Source: Phoronis australis
Lineage: Eukaryota > Animalia > Phoronida
DNA: 64,000 nucleotides
Assembly (NCBI GenBank): GCA_002633005.1
Contig: NMRA01000001.1
Coordinates: 2,210,933 to 2,274,932, forward strand
Reading direction: 5' to 3'
Numbering within the stretch: the stretch's first letter is position 1; each line of letters begins with the position of its first letter. Below are positions 39,127 through 51,644 of this stretch, in pieces. Below the pieces are notes generated by a model. The model made no database searches and was not told where the DNA came from. It saw nothing but the letters and a program-made list of their open reading frames with translations. The position numbers and the translations under genes were made by a program.

Positions 39127-40913
39127 CTGAAAGGCGTGTTGCCTGAGCTCATCAAGCACTGGAATCAATAGTTAAGACTTAAATATACCACGGCAAGCCT
39201 CGAGACTAAGATGAAATTTTTAGGGGATTTTGCCCATATCATAAACCTGAGACTCCTGTAGGATTCTCTATGCACCGCCCAATGAATAAAAGATTCAATG
39301 CAAATTCATGAGCTACCAATCTAGATATTTTTGTATGCTTAAAAGAAACAATGTACGTAATAAAGTGCTCTGAATAGCGACCCTTGACGAAATTAACTGA
39401 ACAAATGACTTCTTAAAAAATGTTATTGACGATGACGCTGATGTCATTGCCTCAATAAAAGGCTCATTTTTGATAACAGGATATTATACAAGACCTTTAA
39501 ATATTAGAGGGGAATAGTGCTATAGTGTTTAAATTAATTCTTGTCATTATCAATAATTTAAAAATAAGACTAAATCTTATAATGACTTGATCTCGTCCAC
39601 TAGTATTTCATCAATACAGCCTTCTTGTTAATATATTTAACTGTATTCACGTCATTAATGTCAAGACTTTAAATCACCACAGTTAGTGGCATTTAATGTA
39701 AGCTCTTGTGACATTATTTAATCCAATTTATTTAATGGGATTAGAACTACACACAGCACAAGCGACCCATTAATGACTTGTAAAACAAAAAAGATCACAA
39801 ACAAAGTGTGAACGCAATTAGATAATAAGATTCAGTTCAACTATCCAAAAAAATCTAAATTGGAAGAATGTCTTCCTAACTGAAGACGTAATACCATTGC
39901 ATAATTAAATCAAATGTAATATTAATTGTAACTCCTACTGTTGCTACCAAATCATCCGCCTCTTCTAGACTCTCAACTTCATCATGTGTCTCCTTCTAAG
40001 CAAATCAAAATACTGTACAGTCTCAAGCACTAAGTAATGACAATGAGGTCAAAATTTCCTTGATTTTAATTTAACTGTAGTTATTCAGTGCTTGTCCAGT
40101 TTATAACAATCTACCTACTGTAAAATCATGCATATACTCTTATAGGCTAATATTCCATGATGTTGTTACATATGTTGCATCCTTAAATTTTCCCCTGAAA
40201 GACCATGTTTGTCAGTTTGAACTAAACAACATGCGATGTTTTGTTTCATTTGCCATTTATTCAATGTTTTCCCATAATGGTTTTAAGCAACACTTTCACT
40301 GACTTTGAAATGGCTAATTGACAGAGAAAGAGAAGAAACATAACACTGGCTTTATACATGAAGAAACAGTATAGTCTTATATTCAAATATCATAAGTGCA
40401 TGGTTTTAGCATGGAAATATTGAATTTTCAATGTATTCAGGAAATGCATTATTTTGACTAGCTATTCATATGCCTACGAACTAATACCTATGTGAGACTT
40501 TACAGTACTAAGCTTGACATGCAATAAATAAGGGTTTCTTGTGAATGTAATGCTTTGCTTCTGACCCTCAATTTATGTACAACAAGGAGATTACTCAATG
40601 CCAGCATACCAGTTAAGGCCACCAGTTCAGAACACCTGTTATTGTTGTTAAATGCTTAAAACTTTGAAAAGCCCCTCATAGTTGTATCAGTTATTGTTGA
40701 TAATGCTTAAATATTTGAAAGGCCCCCTCATATTTGAATGTTATGATCAACAACAATGGATAAATTAGCTCGCTTTCGGAACATACACAAACGTTCCAAT
40801 TGCGAATAGTGTCAATTCAAAGGAAAAATGTAATAAACTAGTGAAAATTAAGTACAATTTACTTCATTTGGCTGTTGAGTGCTATCTCTCAGTAGAGACC
40901 TTCTGCTGACTTC

Positions 40914-41152
40914 AGGTAAAAACTCACCAATTTAGGGCAAAATATGGCCAACGATTGAAACTTTATTCTCTCATTTTTCATAAAAAATAAGTAGCACTAA
41001 TTGCATCATTTTTAAAGATCTATACCATAGCTACAACCATCAAACGATGATTCTGACTAATTGTCGGCATTCATAACAATATTGGAAGGTTTTGAAAAAT
41101 GAAATATGACCAATTTTGGCATTTATTTTTGTCCGAAATTGGTAAGATTTTA
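40914..41152. mobile_element. Second copy of the ~240-bp MITE
   Basis: ggtaaaaactcaccaattt ... aaagatctataccatagctac ... gtccgaaattggtaagatttta, collinear with 35300-35542. Confidence 0.65.
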
Positions 41153-41940
41153 TCGTAATCCATTAACTAATGGGTAACAGGAGGTTTGACCAAATGAGCG
41201 AGATGTAATTCTGAGAGAAAAGTCTGTAAACCTGACTTCTATTTCTGTCACACAACACATCTTTCATCTAAATCACTTCATACCACTGTAACAGTGGTCT
41301 CAACTTGTTCCTTCCCAGGATTAGAAGCAACTTCTGAAGGCACTGGGAAGAACTGACTATTCATTATGACTCATGCTTAATGCTCCCTATGTTGCCAGAG
41401 TAAATCATGGATGGAGCTGGCTATAGTGAAGGAAAAGCGTTTGGAAGACGGATGAGAAAAATGGATAAGAGAATACAATAATTGACACTGGTGAGTGCAC
41501 AAAATGGCAGGTCAATGTGAAATGGAGAGGTGCCATCTCTTTCTTAACAGAAACACACGCATCAAATTTGATGCAGTTCCAAGAGACTTGGTATTAACAG
41601 CTCAGCAGGTATTATGGAAAATTGTCACATTGTTCATAAGTCGACGTAAGCCATGTTCTTCCCAACAGGAATACACCTACCAGGATTCATGATAATTTTT
41701 AAAGAGCCTGGTAGAAATTGAGACAGGCACAAAAAATAAAACTGCTACTAGGGGGCTTTGTAGCATTTAGATCTGTCCAAAAATCAACGTCACTGACTCA
41801 AATTCCACACCCATCTTTCATCGAACTTGGTAGATATTGTAGCTGGCGCAAAAAATAGGATTGCCACTAGGGGGCTATTAGACCTTTGCGCCACTGCTTT
41901 TGCTGGTTACCATCATCTGATACCTGCGATACCATGTTCA

Positions 41941-43702
41941 AACAAGAGCAACGCCGAGCGTTGAAATGCGCTCACGAATGCCTCACAAATGGTGTGCTTT
42001 TAGGGGTGCTTATTTGTGTCATAAAATGAGTACTAGATAGCACAAAAACATACAATCCATCCAAAAATGGAAACATGTCATTGCTTCTTTAATAGAAAGC
42101 TATACACCAAATTTCATAGAAATCCGTCACAAAACATCAGAGAAACAAAAGAAAACAGAATAAAATGAAATTGCCACTAGGGGGCACAGTGTTTATTGGA
42201 TCCACCTGAAAGTCGTCATTGTCTGTTGTTTGCTTCATGTAAAAACATTTACTAAATTTAATAAAGATCTTCCAGTGGGTTTAGGAGGTACAGCTATGGG
42301 CGCAAAACAAACCAAAACAAAACTACCACTAGGAGGTGCCAGAGTAGTCAAAGTGGTCATCATCAACCGTCCTCTTCACACTGAGAACATACACGCCAAT
42401 TTTCAAAACCATCCTTAGAATGATTTTGTTTATAGAGGTAGACGCCAAAGAACAGACTCGAAAACAGCAAAAATGGCCACCAGATGGCGCAAAATACCTT
42501 CATTCCATCCAAAAACGGGAGGATAGCGTCATCTCACCAATAGATGCCGGTATTCGAAATTTTATGAAAATCTGTGGAGGACCTTTGAAGATACAGAGGT
42601 AAATGTAAAACTAAAATTGCCACCAGGGGGCATACCAGTAGTCAGATCCATCCCAAAATCATCATTTTTCGTTGTCAACATCATATAAACATACTTCTTA
42701 AATTTAGTACAGATCCTACAAGCAGTTTAGGAGATACTGCTATGGGCGCAAAAATGAAACTGCCACTAGGAGACACCACAATAGTCAGTCATTGAAAAAT
42801 CATCGTCAGCCGTCCACTTTATAGTAAAAACATACATGCCAATTTTCACAATTATCCTGAAAGCGGTTTGGTTGACAAAGGGGTGGACGCCAAAAAAACA
42901 GACTCGAAGACAGTAAAAATGGCCATTAGATGGCGCTAAGAAGGTCGAACCTATTTGAAAATGGAAAGATAGCGTCAACTCACTAACAGAAGCCTGTACG
43001 CCAAATTTCATGAAAATACGTTGAGGAACTTTGAAGATACAGAGGAAAACATTAAAATTAAATTGCCACTAGGTGGCACACCAGTAGTCAGATCTGTCCG
43101 AAAAACATCGTCGTTCATTGTCAACATCATATAAATGCACTTACTAAATTTAGTAAAGATGTTGCAAAGTGGTTTAGGAAATAAAGCCATAGGCGCAAAA
43201 AACAAAACTGCCACTAGGAGGTGCCACTGCAGTTAAAGCCGTCGGAAAATCATCGTCAACTGCCCTCTTCATATTAAGAACATACATGCCAATTTTCACA
43301 ATCATGCTTAGGGCAGTTTGATTGATAGAGGAGTGGACGTCAAAAAACAGACTCGAAAACAGTAAAAATGGCCACTAGGTGGTGCAAACTACGTCGAGTC
43401 CATCCGAAAACAAGAGGATATTGTCGTTTTACTACTAGAAGCCTATATACCAAATTTCGTGAAAATACCTTGAGGACCTTTGAAGATACATAGGTAAACG
43501 TAAGAAACTAAAATTGCCACCGGTAGTTGGATCCGTCCGAAAGTTCGCTCATGCCGTCCCATCCATGGAAGGAACACATGTGCAAAATTTCATGAGCATA
43601 TGTCAAACGGTTTTGGAGATAGGGCAGCGGACGCCGCCCGGACGGACGGACGCAGATGATGGCATAATGCGTCCACTTATAAATATGTGGGCGGATAAAA
43701 AA
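41941..43702 (+). mobile_element. Helentron-associated (HINE/DINE-1-like) non-autonomous element with an internal ~150-bp tandem array
   Basis: Starts AACAAGAGC and contains about 10 tandem ~150-bp monomers. Then a (GGAC)n microsatellite at about 43628-43652, a terminal imperfect stem-loop gcgtccac...gtgggcgg, and ATAAAAAA. This is the canonical DINE-1/HINE layout. Extra older monomers lie at about 41700-41900. Confidence 0.75.
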
Positions 43703-46700
43703 GTCAGTCCAGTTATCCTGTCTGGATTATTATGCTGACCCTTTATCCACGCGGGAATTTTAATGCATCTCGATGATGCAACTTATGGATGATTCATTTG
43801 ACCTTCTATACCCCAAAAACGCATGGAATATCTGCACTTAACTATTTGCATATTTGCCGCAATACATTGCGAAGGCGCTGGGGAACCCCTGTCCAATTTT
43901 TCAAAAGCCTAATAATTTAAATATCCTAGAAAAGACCAATAGGGAACCCTCGACTTAGCACCATATCAGAATTATTCCAAGCTTTGAATTACACAACCCA
44001 GTTACAAATCTGGCTGCAAGTTGATTCAGGTTTGAATCATTAATTAATGTTATTGGTTACATGAACCCAATGACTTGGCCTTCTAGGTTAGAGTTTTACG
44101 CAGCTGAAACCAATTCCTATCTGCTAGATAGGAAATAGATTAGTAGTTCTAGACTCAACACTAGACAGCGCATCTGCAATTGTTATGGAAAATAAAGGTG
44201 CAATCAGCTGCTTAGAACACAAAATGAAGAGCTGAGTTAGGCTCCTAATCACAAAAAATGACTAAACAGGCCAAGCGAACTTCTTGATTCAGCTCTCAAA
44301 GCACAATGAACTGTCAGTGCTTTCACTCCTAATATCATGATAAAATCAAGACCTGTTTAATAGTGGAATGTGGCCACCAGCTTTGCATTTGCCCTCCGAC
44401 AACACTAGCATCATACCTGCCATTACCTACCCCCTTTCCCCTGCACCTCAGTTTCCCATGAAGAGAACAGGAGACAGGATTACTTTAAATCAGATTTTTG
44501 AATGCCCTCTTCTTTTCAGTACTGTCCACATGTCTATGGAGCATGACAAGGTAGGTGGAACAACCATTCTAAACTAAGGAAAGACTACGTCAGACGAATG
44601 ACGGCTAATCCTAAATGCAGATTTGCTAATTTATCTGGGCCTACCAGTCACAATGAATATGAGTTTTTTCTCAAATTACTAGAAGAGAAAACTTAAAAGA
44701 GGAATGTTTAAAAATGTAAAGGGCTGTAGGGGGAAATTTCAGGAGCTTGAAAATGAAATAAAGTGATGTGAAATGCAAGACGGAATTTATCATCTTGAGA
44801 TGTCTTACTTGGCAGAAGTTATCAGGAGCTGGATTCTGTTATTGTTCTTTTCATCCATACAACCTTGGTGTTTACCGACGGTGCCTCAAACACTGTGTGC
44901 ATCCAATGCAAGCACAGATTACTGAGGGTAGTAAATGACATACTGAACGTGAGCAAAGGTTAGGCGAGGAAAAGTACAAAACTGGTGAGAAGATAATCCA
45001 AACCGTTGGAAAATTCCTCTGGCTTCTAGACGAGTTTGTTAGATAACCAGAAAGCCAGAAAAGAAAACGATGAAGATGTGCCAATCTGAGGCATCAGTCA
45101 TGGAAAAATGAACTTACCAAAGAGTACTCGCTTAAAGCCCAGCGAACAGATCCAAACCTAATTTTCTGGATTGACCACAAATGTGGAAAACTGAGACAGT
45201 TTACCAGTAATATAGATGTCATTGAGGAACAGGCAGTANCCTCCCGACCTCCCCCCATTCGGTGCTATGCGCATCTACAATCGTTCAGTTTGCGCAAATG
45301 CTTGCGGCCGGACATAATGTTGGGCCCCCCCCCTTGTGACATCCTAGATCCGCCACTGGTGTACATGATCTTTGTCCAGTGAACTGAGTTGGTGTGGCGT
45401 CATGGCGTACATGGCATGGTGTTTTTTGATTGACCATTATATTTAGCCATCTGCCACACCATTTTTCAGTTTTCAGTGTGGCCACTAGTTTTAAAAGTCC
45501 CACAAGAGTATTTATATGTCTGGCCAGTGTTTTTTTTCATTCTGTGCAGTTGTGCAAATGATCTGAATTTATGTTTCCATATTTGATTAACAATTGTTGA
45601 TGTTTGCATCTCAAAGTATTTATCAGTATATGTACTTTCATCTTAAGAATAAAACAAGGACTGATACCATTGATTGCCATTTGATTATAGCTATTACTGT
45701 TAGGCAGGTTTCCTTCACCAGCCTTTTTGCCAACACTTTCAGTGATCTATGTTGCGGATTATGTAAAGTTTTGCAAAGTACCTTTGATGCAAAATTATTT
45801 TTTATTTTTTGAAACTAACCATATTATGGTGCACACAAGGAACAACAATACTGACCGGGACCTAGTAAGTGTATATGACAGCCAGTATATACAGTCACTT
45901 AATTGCAAAATAAATTTGTTTTATGCTAACCATAGTTCACTGCACAAATGGTGTCTAACTGGATCCAGCAAGCCATTTCCTTACAATGCAATGGTGATGG
46001 TTGATAAGAACACTTGAAGCAATGCCACTTCACACTTAGTGAACAAGAAAAACTCTACAGTCTGTTGCTAATGACAGTCGTTGGTGTGAAATCATGTCTT
46101 TTTTACTATGTCAACTTTTAAAACACTTTAAGAGTGCATGCTTCCATTACTTGATGGTGTTGCATGGTTGACTCTCCAGCAGCTATGAAAAGTTAAAATA
46201 GGGACTAGAAGGCATTTGTTCACTAGTGTATAGCACTTTTGTCTATCAATTACATGTTTTGTTTTGTGTTATGTATTAAAACATGTCTTGGCTTACTGTA
46301 TTATGACTTTTTCAAAACAAAACAGAAATACACACATATATGGCTTTTTGTTTTAAATCCAATGAAAAGTTATAAAGTTGCGAAATTGTATTCGTGAAGA
46401 AACTGTCAGAAAAAATGACTTGGTACAACAATCAAACTTCAATAGGCTTCATTTTTCAAGCTCACATTAGAACGCGCCTGTAATTCTTCGCCAATATCAA
46501 GCAGATCATCTATTCAAACAATCTTCCCGATTTTGATATTGACTTCCATTCTAAAAGAAACACGGCTTTCACCAACAAGGGTTTGTTTGTAAAGGAAGAA
46601 ACTGTTTAAATTGATGGAGATAATGTGGCACAATGTCAATCAAGTAACAATTTGTGTCGAGTGAAACAACATGTGTCACAAGGATCTGAAATAAACTTGG

Positions 46701-47129
46701 AGTGGGCATAATTGATTTTTTTAGAAAGGAGCCATATGCGATATGTTGGGAAATAGTTACAAAGAACAAGCTCAACTGCAAAACCTGAAAATATGAAATA
46801 CAGGCTATTAATACCTGTTATCAAAGCCATCCCAGGCATTTGAAAGTGTCAATCTCAGCGGTACATTTGAGCTGCCAAAATACATAACAAGTTGGTTGAC
46901 AACGTTTTTATTTAATATGAAGGAAGTAAGATTCTTTCATTGTCAGTGTTTGGGTAAAATTTCATTCTCTTAGCAGTGGGGACAGATGTGATGTAGTACT
47001 GCAAATTACATAGATTCAAAACAGCCTTTGTAGGGTTAATGTAGTGAAACAACTGAACATGGGTGGCAAAACATCCAAGGAATAATAATACAGCGAATAA
47101 CATCGACTGAAACATGCATATATACCCAC

Positions 47130-47682
47130 TGAGTTACAATTAACACATACCATGACTGTGGAGACAATTTAGTCAACTTAATTTGAACATATCCGTGAAA
47201 ATCTGTTCACTCAAGATTCTCTCACTGGGTGCCATTTTGAGGAAGTTACGCGAAAATCCCGCCTGTTGACGAACAAAAACTCCAAGGGACACAAATTTTA
47301 CAAATTCCACCAGGTGTCTTCCCATGCTACTTTTTGCAAGTATCACGCGTAACATCACATGCTTCCCTCAGTCTCACAGTTGTCCTTACGTCAAATGTGG
47401 TTATCGCGATGAAAATGTTAACTGCGACCAAAAAAGTGGAGTTGGAGTTCTCCAAAGTCATCCAAAGACACGCTTCCTTGAGACTATGAGCAGAACCAAA
47501 AAGGATCGCTGAAGAAAGTAAGCGCTTTTTAAAGTGACAATTTTGAGAGTAAAATGTATTTTTGACAAGGTGAAAACCTCTTATTCAGTGAGCAGATTTA
47601 GACTACCGCCATTTAAAATATACCGGATTGAATTGACACAGAGACTGATAGCCAGCCGAGGCCGAGGGGCTACGTGTTGTCT
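47130..47682 (-). repeat. Inverted paralog of the 10935-11545 repeat
   Basis: Its reverse complement aligns collinearly with 10935-11545 across the whole length. Confidence 0.75.
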
Positions 47683-47724
47683 AAATGTGTACATGCAAGT
47701 TTCATTCACTAAATATACATACAT

Positions 47725-47840
47725 ACATACTAAATATACAGCTTTGCGCCAATGTGGGCACAAAACTAGCCAAATAAAATCTGATACTAAATTATTTTCA
47801 TTAAAAACAATGATCTTTCTTGAGTAAATTAAATTATTTA
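47725..47840 (+). repeat. Short dispersed repeat (paralog at about 52235-52348)
   Basis: atactaaatatacagctttgc.cca...ataaaatctga...cttgagtaaa..aaattattta is present at both loci. Confidence 0.6.
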
Positions 47841-47849
47841 CCAAAGTTA

Positions 47850-48661
47850 AACAAGAGCAACGCAGAGCGTTGAAATGCACCTACGAATGCATCTCCAAAT
47901 GGTGTGCTTTTAGGGTTATTTATTTCTATCATAGAAATGACTACTAGATAGCGCAAAAATGTACAATCCATCCAAAGATGGGAACATGCCATATTTCATA
48001 AAAACGTGTCAAGGAACTTCTGAGAAATAAAGGAAAACAGAATAAAATGAAATTGCCACTAAAGTGGGCACAGCGTCAGTTGGATCCACCTGAAAGTCAT
48101 CGTCATGTTGTTATCCCCATTATAAATACACTCACTAAATTTAATAAAGATCATGCAGTGGGTTTAGGAGATGCAGCTATGGGCGCAAAACAAAACTACC
48201 ACTAGGAAGCGCCATAGTAGTCAGTTGCCATCATCAAACGTCCCCTTCACACTGAGAACATATACACCAATTTTTAAAACCATCCCTAAAATGATTTGGT
48301 TGATAGAGGAGCGGGACGCCAAAAACAAGATTCTAAAACAGCAAAAATGGCCACCAGGTGGCACAAAATACCTCCATTCCACCCAAAAAACAGGATAGCG
48401 TCACCTCACCAATAGATGCCTATATTTGAAATTTTATGAAAATCTATTACGGACCTTTGAACATACAGAGTTAAACGTAAAAAACTAAAATTGCCACTGG
48501 AGGGCACACCAGAAACAGATCCGTCCGAAAGTCGTCGCCGCTCATTGTCAACATCATATAAATACACTTGTTACGTTAAGTAAAGATCCTGCATAAGATT
48601 TAGGAGACAAAACTACGAGTGCAAAAAATATAAAACTGCCACCAGAAGGGGCCCCAGTTGT
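47850..48661 (+). mobile_element. 3'-truncated second copy of the HINE-like element
   Basis: aacaagagcaacgcagagcgttgaaatgc...ggtgtgcttttaggg plus about 5 monomers collinear with 41941-42780. Confidence 0.75.
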
Positions 48662-49555
48662 GGATGCCCCTATGCCAAAGAAAATACTGTTTGTTAGACT
48701 GTCTTTCACTTAAATGTCTTAAACGGATATAACGGGCAAGGTGAGCGTCGGTTGACTCCCAGATTTTGCATGTGTTAACTCTACATGTTGATATTAGTTT
48801 CATGACAAGGTAATGAGTAGACAGTGTATCTAGCTGACTGCAGTAGAGACAGTGAAGCTCCTACAGGCGCTTCATATGCTGGAAGTTTTTCGGCAAATTA
48901 TGCCTCACACTGATCNGTCGGCGATATACTGACCACATCGCCACCACTGACACACACCTTTGTACATCGGATTTGTTTCGGCTTAAGCCACTGGGGTTTT
49001 CTTGGTCTTATTCACTCCCACCACTGTCCGTTTTAATAAAATACAACTACTAAAATCCGTGGTCGCCACACTTCGCAATTTGTAAACTGAAAGGGGTTTC
49101 CCAACTTTCAACCAATGGGAATGACTGAATGTTATGACGTCAGTTTCATTACTTTAACCAATGGGAGGCCATATTAAACAACATTCTACAGTGCTAACTT
49201 TCGTTTAGCACTGTGATAGAGTGTAGGATGCCCCTATGCCAAAGAAAATACTGTTTGTTAGACTGTCTTTCACTTAAATGTCTTAAACGGATAAAACGGG
49301 CAAGGTGAGCGTCGGTTGACTCCCAGATTTTGCATGTGTTAACTCTACATGTTGATATTAGTTTCATGACAAGGTAATGAGTAGACAGTGTATCTAGCTG
49401 ACCGCAGTAGAGACAGTGAAGCTCCTACAGGCGCTTCATATGCTGGAAGTTTTTCGGCAAATTATGCCTCACACTGATCAAAACATCAAAGTCACGGTGT
49501 TACAAGTACTTTTTGCGCATAGCAGAACACCTCAGGAGGCCGTTGATGTCTTTAA

Positions 49556-51148
49556 AGGAGCATGCCATCCAAAAAACCACCTAATTTGCATCAATTTAGA
49601 TCAAGTAGTTCTACTCGATAACGACACGTACAGTTGCGTTACCTAACACCTGACGGCAGACGGAGGTGTTCAAATTATCCAGTGACGTCATCGGTTTCAC
49701 ACGCAGTCTGTTCAGCAGTTCACAACACGGGTTACTGGTGTCAGCTTATCGCTTGAAGTCATCGTTTAACACTAATAAATCATCAAACTTCGATGTAAAA
49801 CCCTTAAAAATACACCGAGTTCTTATAAAAACGTGTTGTTTTATTTCGCTATTACGGATTTATTGGTATTTGGACACACCGTAGCCTAAAAAGTTCGGCA
49901 GGCCAATGAGGTCCGTAGCAGGAGTTTGGGGTCTGTTCGGAGATAATTTCGAAGTATATTCCGTGAGATACAGACAGGAGAACCTAGATCTCAGTTGTTT
50001 AGACTTGTGTGATTTTTTGAGTTCTAAACACAAAACGGTTGTTATCCTGGCCAGTGGCTCGGAGCCCGATCAGGCCCGTTGCGACCGCTCGGATAGTGAC
50101 TCGACGTTATCCCGGCCAGTGGCTCGGAAACTGATCATACATCCCGAACATAAACCAGCCAAAGTTCAGTGAAAACTTAACCTCCAGTCAAGAAAATACT
50201 ATACTAGTTAGCCAAAGTAATGTGCAAGTGATTATGTTGGTCACTTAGCCACGAAACTGCAAATCTACTTACTCGTATGGGGCCGCGAATCAGGTTCCGC
50301 TTTGGCCACAGCAAGGCCGTCAGGGCAGAAAATGTACATTGACAATCATTATTTTAGTAACGTAAATGTAAATAAAGATTCCCCTAACACCTGTCCGTGG
50401 GATAGAAATCGAGTTGTTTCACAACAGTTTCTGCCAGCAAACACTAAATTAGCATGAGCTCACACCGGCCGGCGGCCTCGGTCGGTCTCATCAATTAGTT
50501 TTATTGCACCTAAAGCCGGCTTTTCAAATCATTTGCATTCACGAACACTCCAAAGGCATTACAAATTGCATCTAATGAGACAGAATTTGTTTCAGGTTTA
50601 TACAAGTATTGGTTAGGGTGAGAATAATTCATTTTGAAACAGAACGCTCAGTAATAAACGCCAACATGGCAGCTCGCAATCCCGACTTAGGATGAGCTAG
50701 AGCTCATCAGTCCCGACTTCGCAGGTGGATCATTAAGTTTTACAGGCTATCAATTCGAACAGGAATACAGCGATGAAGAAATACTAGAGAGGCACCGTGA
50801 ACAAGCTCAGACAATGGAACGTATGGAGTTATTTGGTAAGCCGACATTCCTCAGGCACTGTCCGACACGTCTGCAGGCCACAGACACGGAGATGTTTCAC
50901 GACCTCATACTTGCTATTTACAGCGTACATCTCATTCTTCACTACCATGAGCCACTTCCTAAGCATTTCGGACTCTCGAGGAAGTAAAAAAAAAACGATA
51001 TACCCGCTTTCCTCGCAGCTGCTTAGTTCGGACAAGCGCGAACGATGCACCACAACACAGCGGCATTCACTCTGCATATGAACCACTGACGTCGCTAGCG
51101 TCGTTTCTCACCTTCCTCACAGGTTAACGCGACACCTCTTGGCAAGGT
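49556..51148 (+). mobile_element. Truncated copy of the same Kolobok-like element, opposite orientation
   Basis: TTAA|aggagcatgccatcc... is collinear with the reverse complement of 60125-61714. It lacks the last ~90 bp and the second TIR. Confidence 0.8.
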
Positions 51149-51644
51149 TGATATTTTGCATATACTGTCGACTTCTAATTTGATTAAATGACTTTTTTCT
51201 GTTTTGGTGCAATTTTAATCTGCAATATTTGGGCAAAATTGTGTTCCACGGTTCAACAACCTTGTGGAGCGTGTCTGTAAATTTATATAATTATTACACA
51301 TGGGCTAAGTGAACAGGCATCCTTAGCTTCTAATAGTACCCAATATACTATGTGTACTACTAAAAGGTCTGACACTCGGGACTAGGAATTCCACAGGTGC
51401 TTCTTTTCAGCTGTCAATATCAAATACAAATATCCAAAAATTTACAAAAAACAGGGATTCAACAAACCACAAACAATTGCTCTTTCTCCTGATAGCATTT
51501 ACAGCATCCTGCTCCAGCGAGTTTGCAACAAATTCACAATCAAAACACAAAAGTCTTCACAAAAGGCCAGCGCATCGTTATATCAGATGGGTCACGTCAG
51601 TTACCCTGGTAATTGCCGATTTATCACGGAAGGTCACGGCTACA

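Noticed and set aside
42172-43520. CRISPR-like periodic motif with spacers
   Set aside because: The intervening sequences are homologous to each other (tandem monomers), the context is eukaryotic, and there are no cas genes.
45118-45190. Possible 73-nt internal minus-strand exon linking the signal-like exon in frame to TMEM229B
   Set aside because: The phases fit but there is an in-frame TAA. It could only be a non-coding or alternative first exon, and nothing else supports it.
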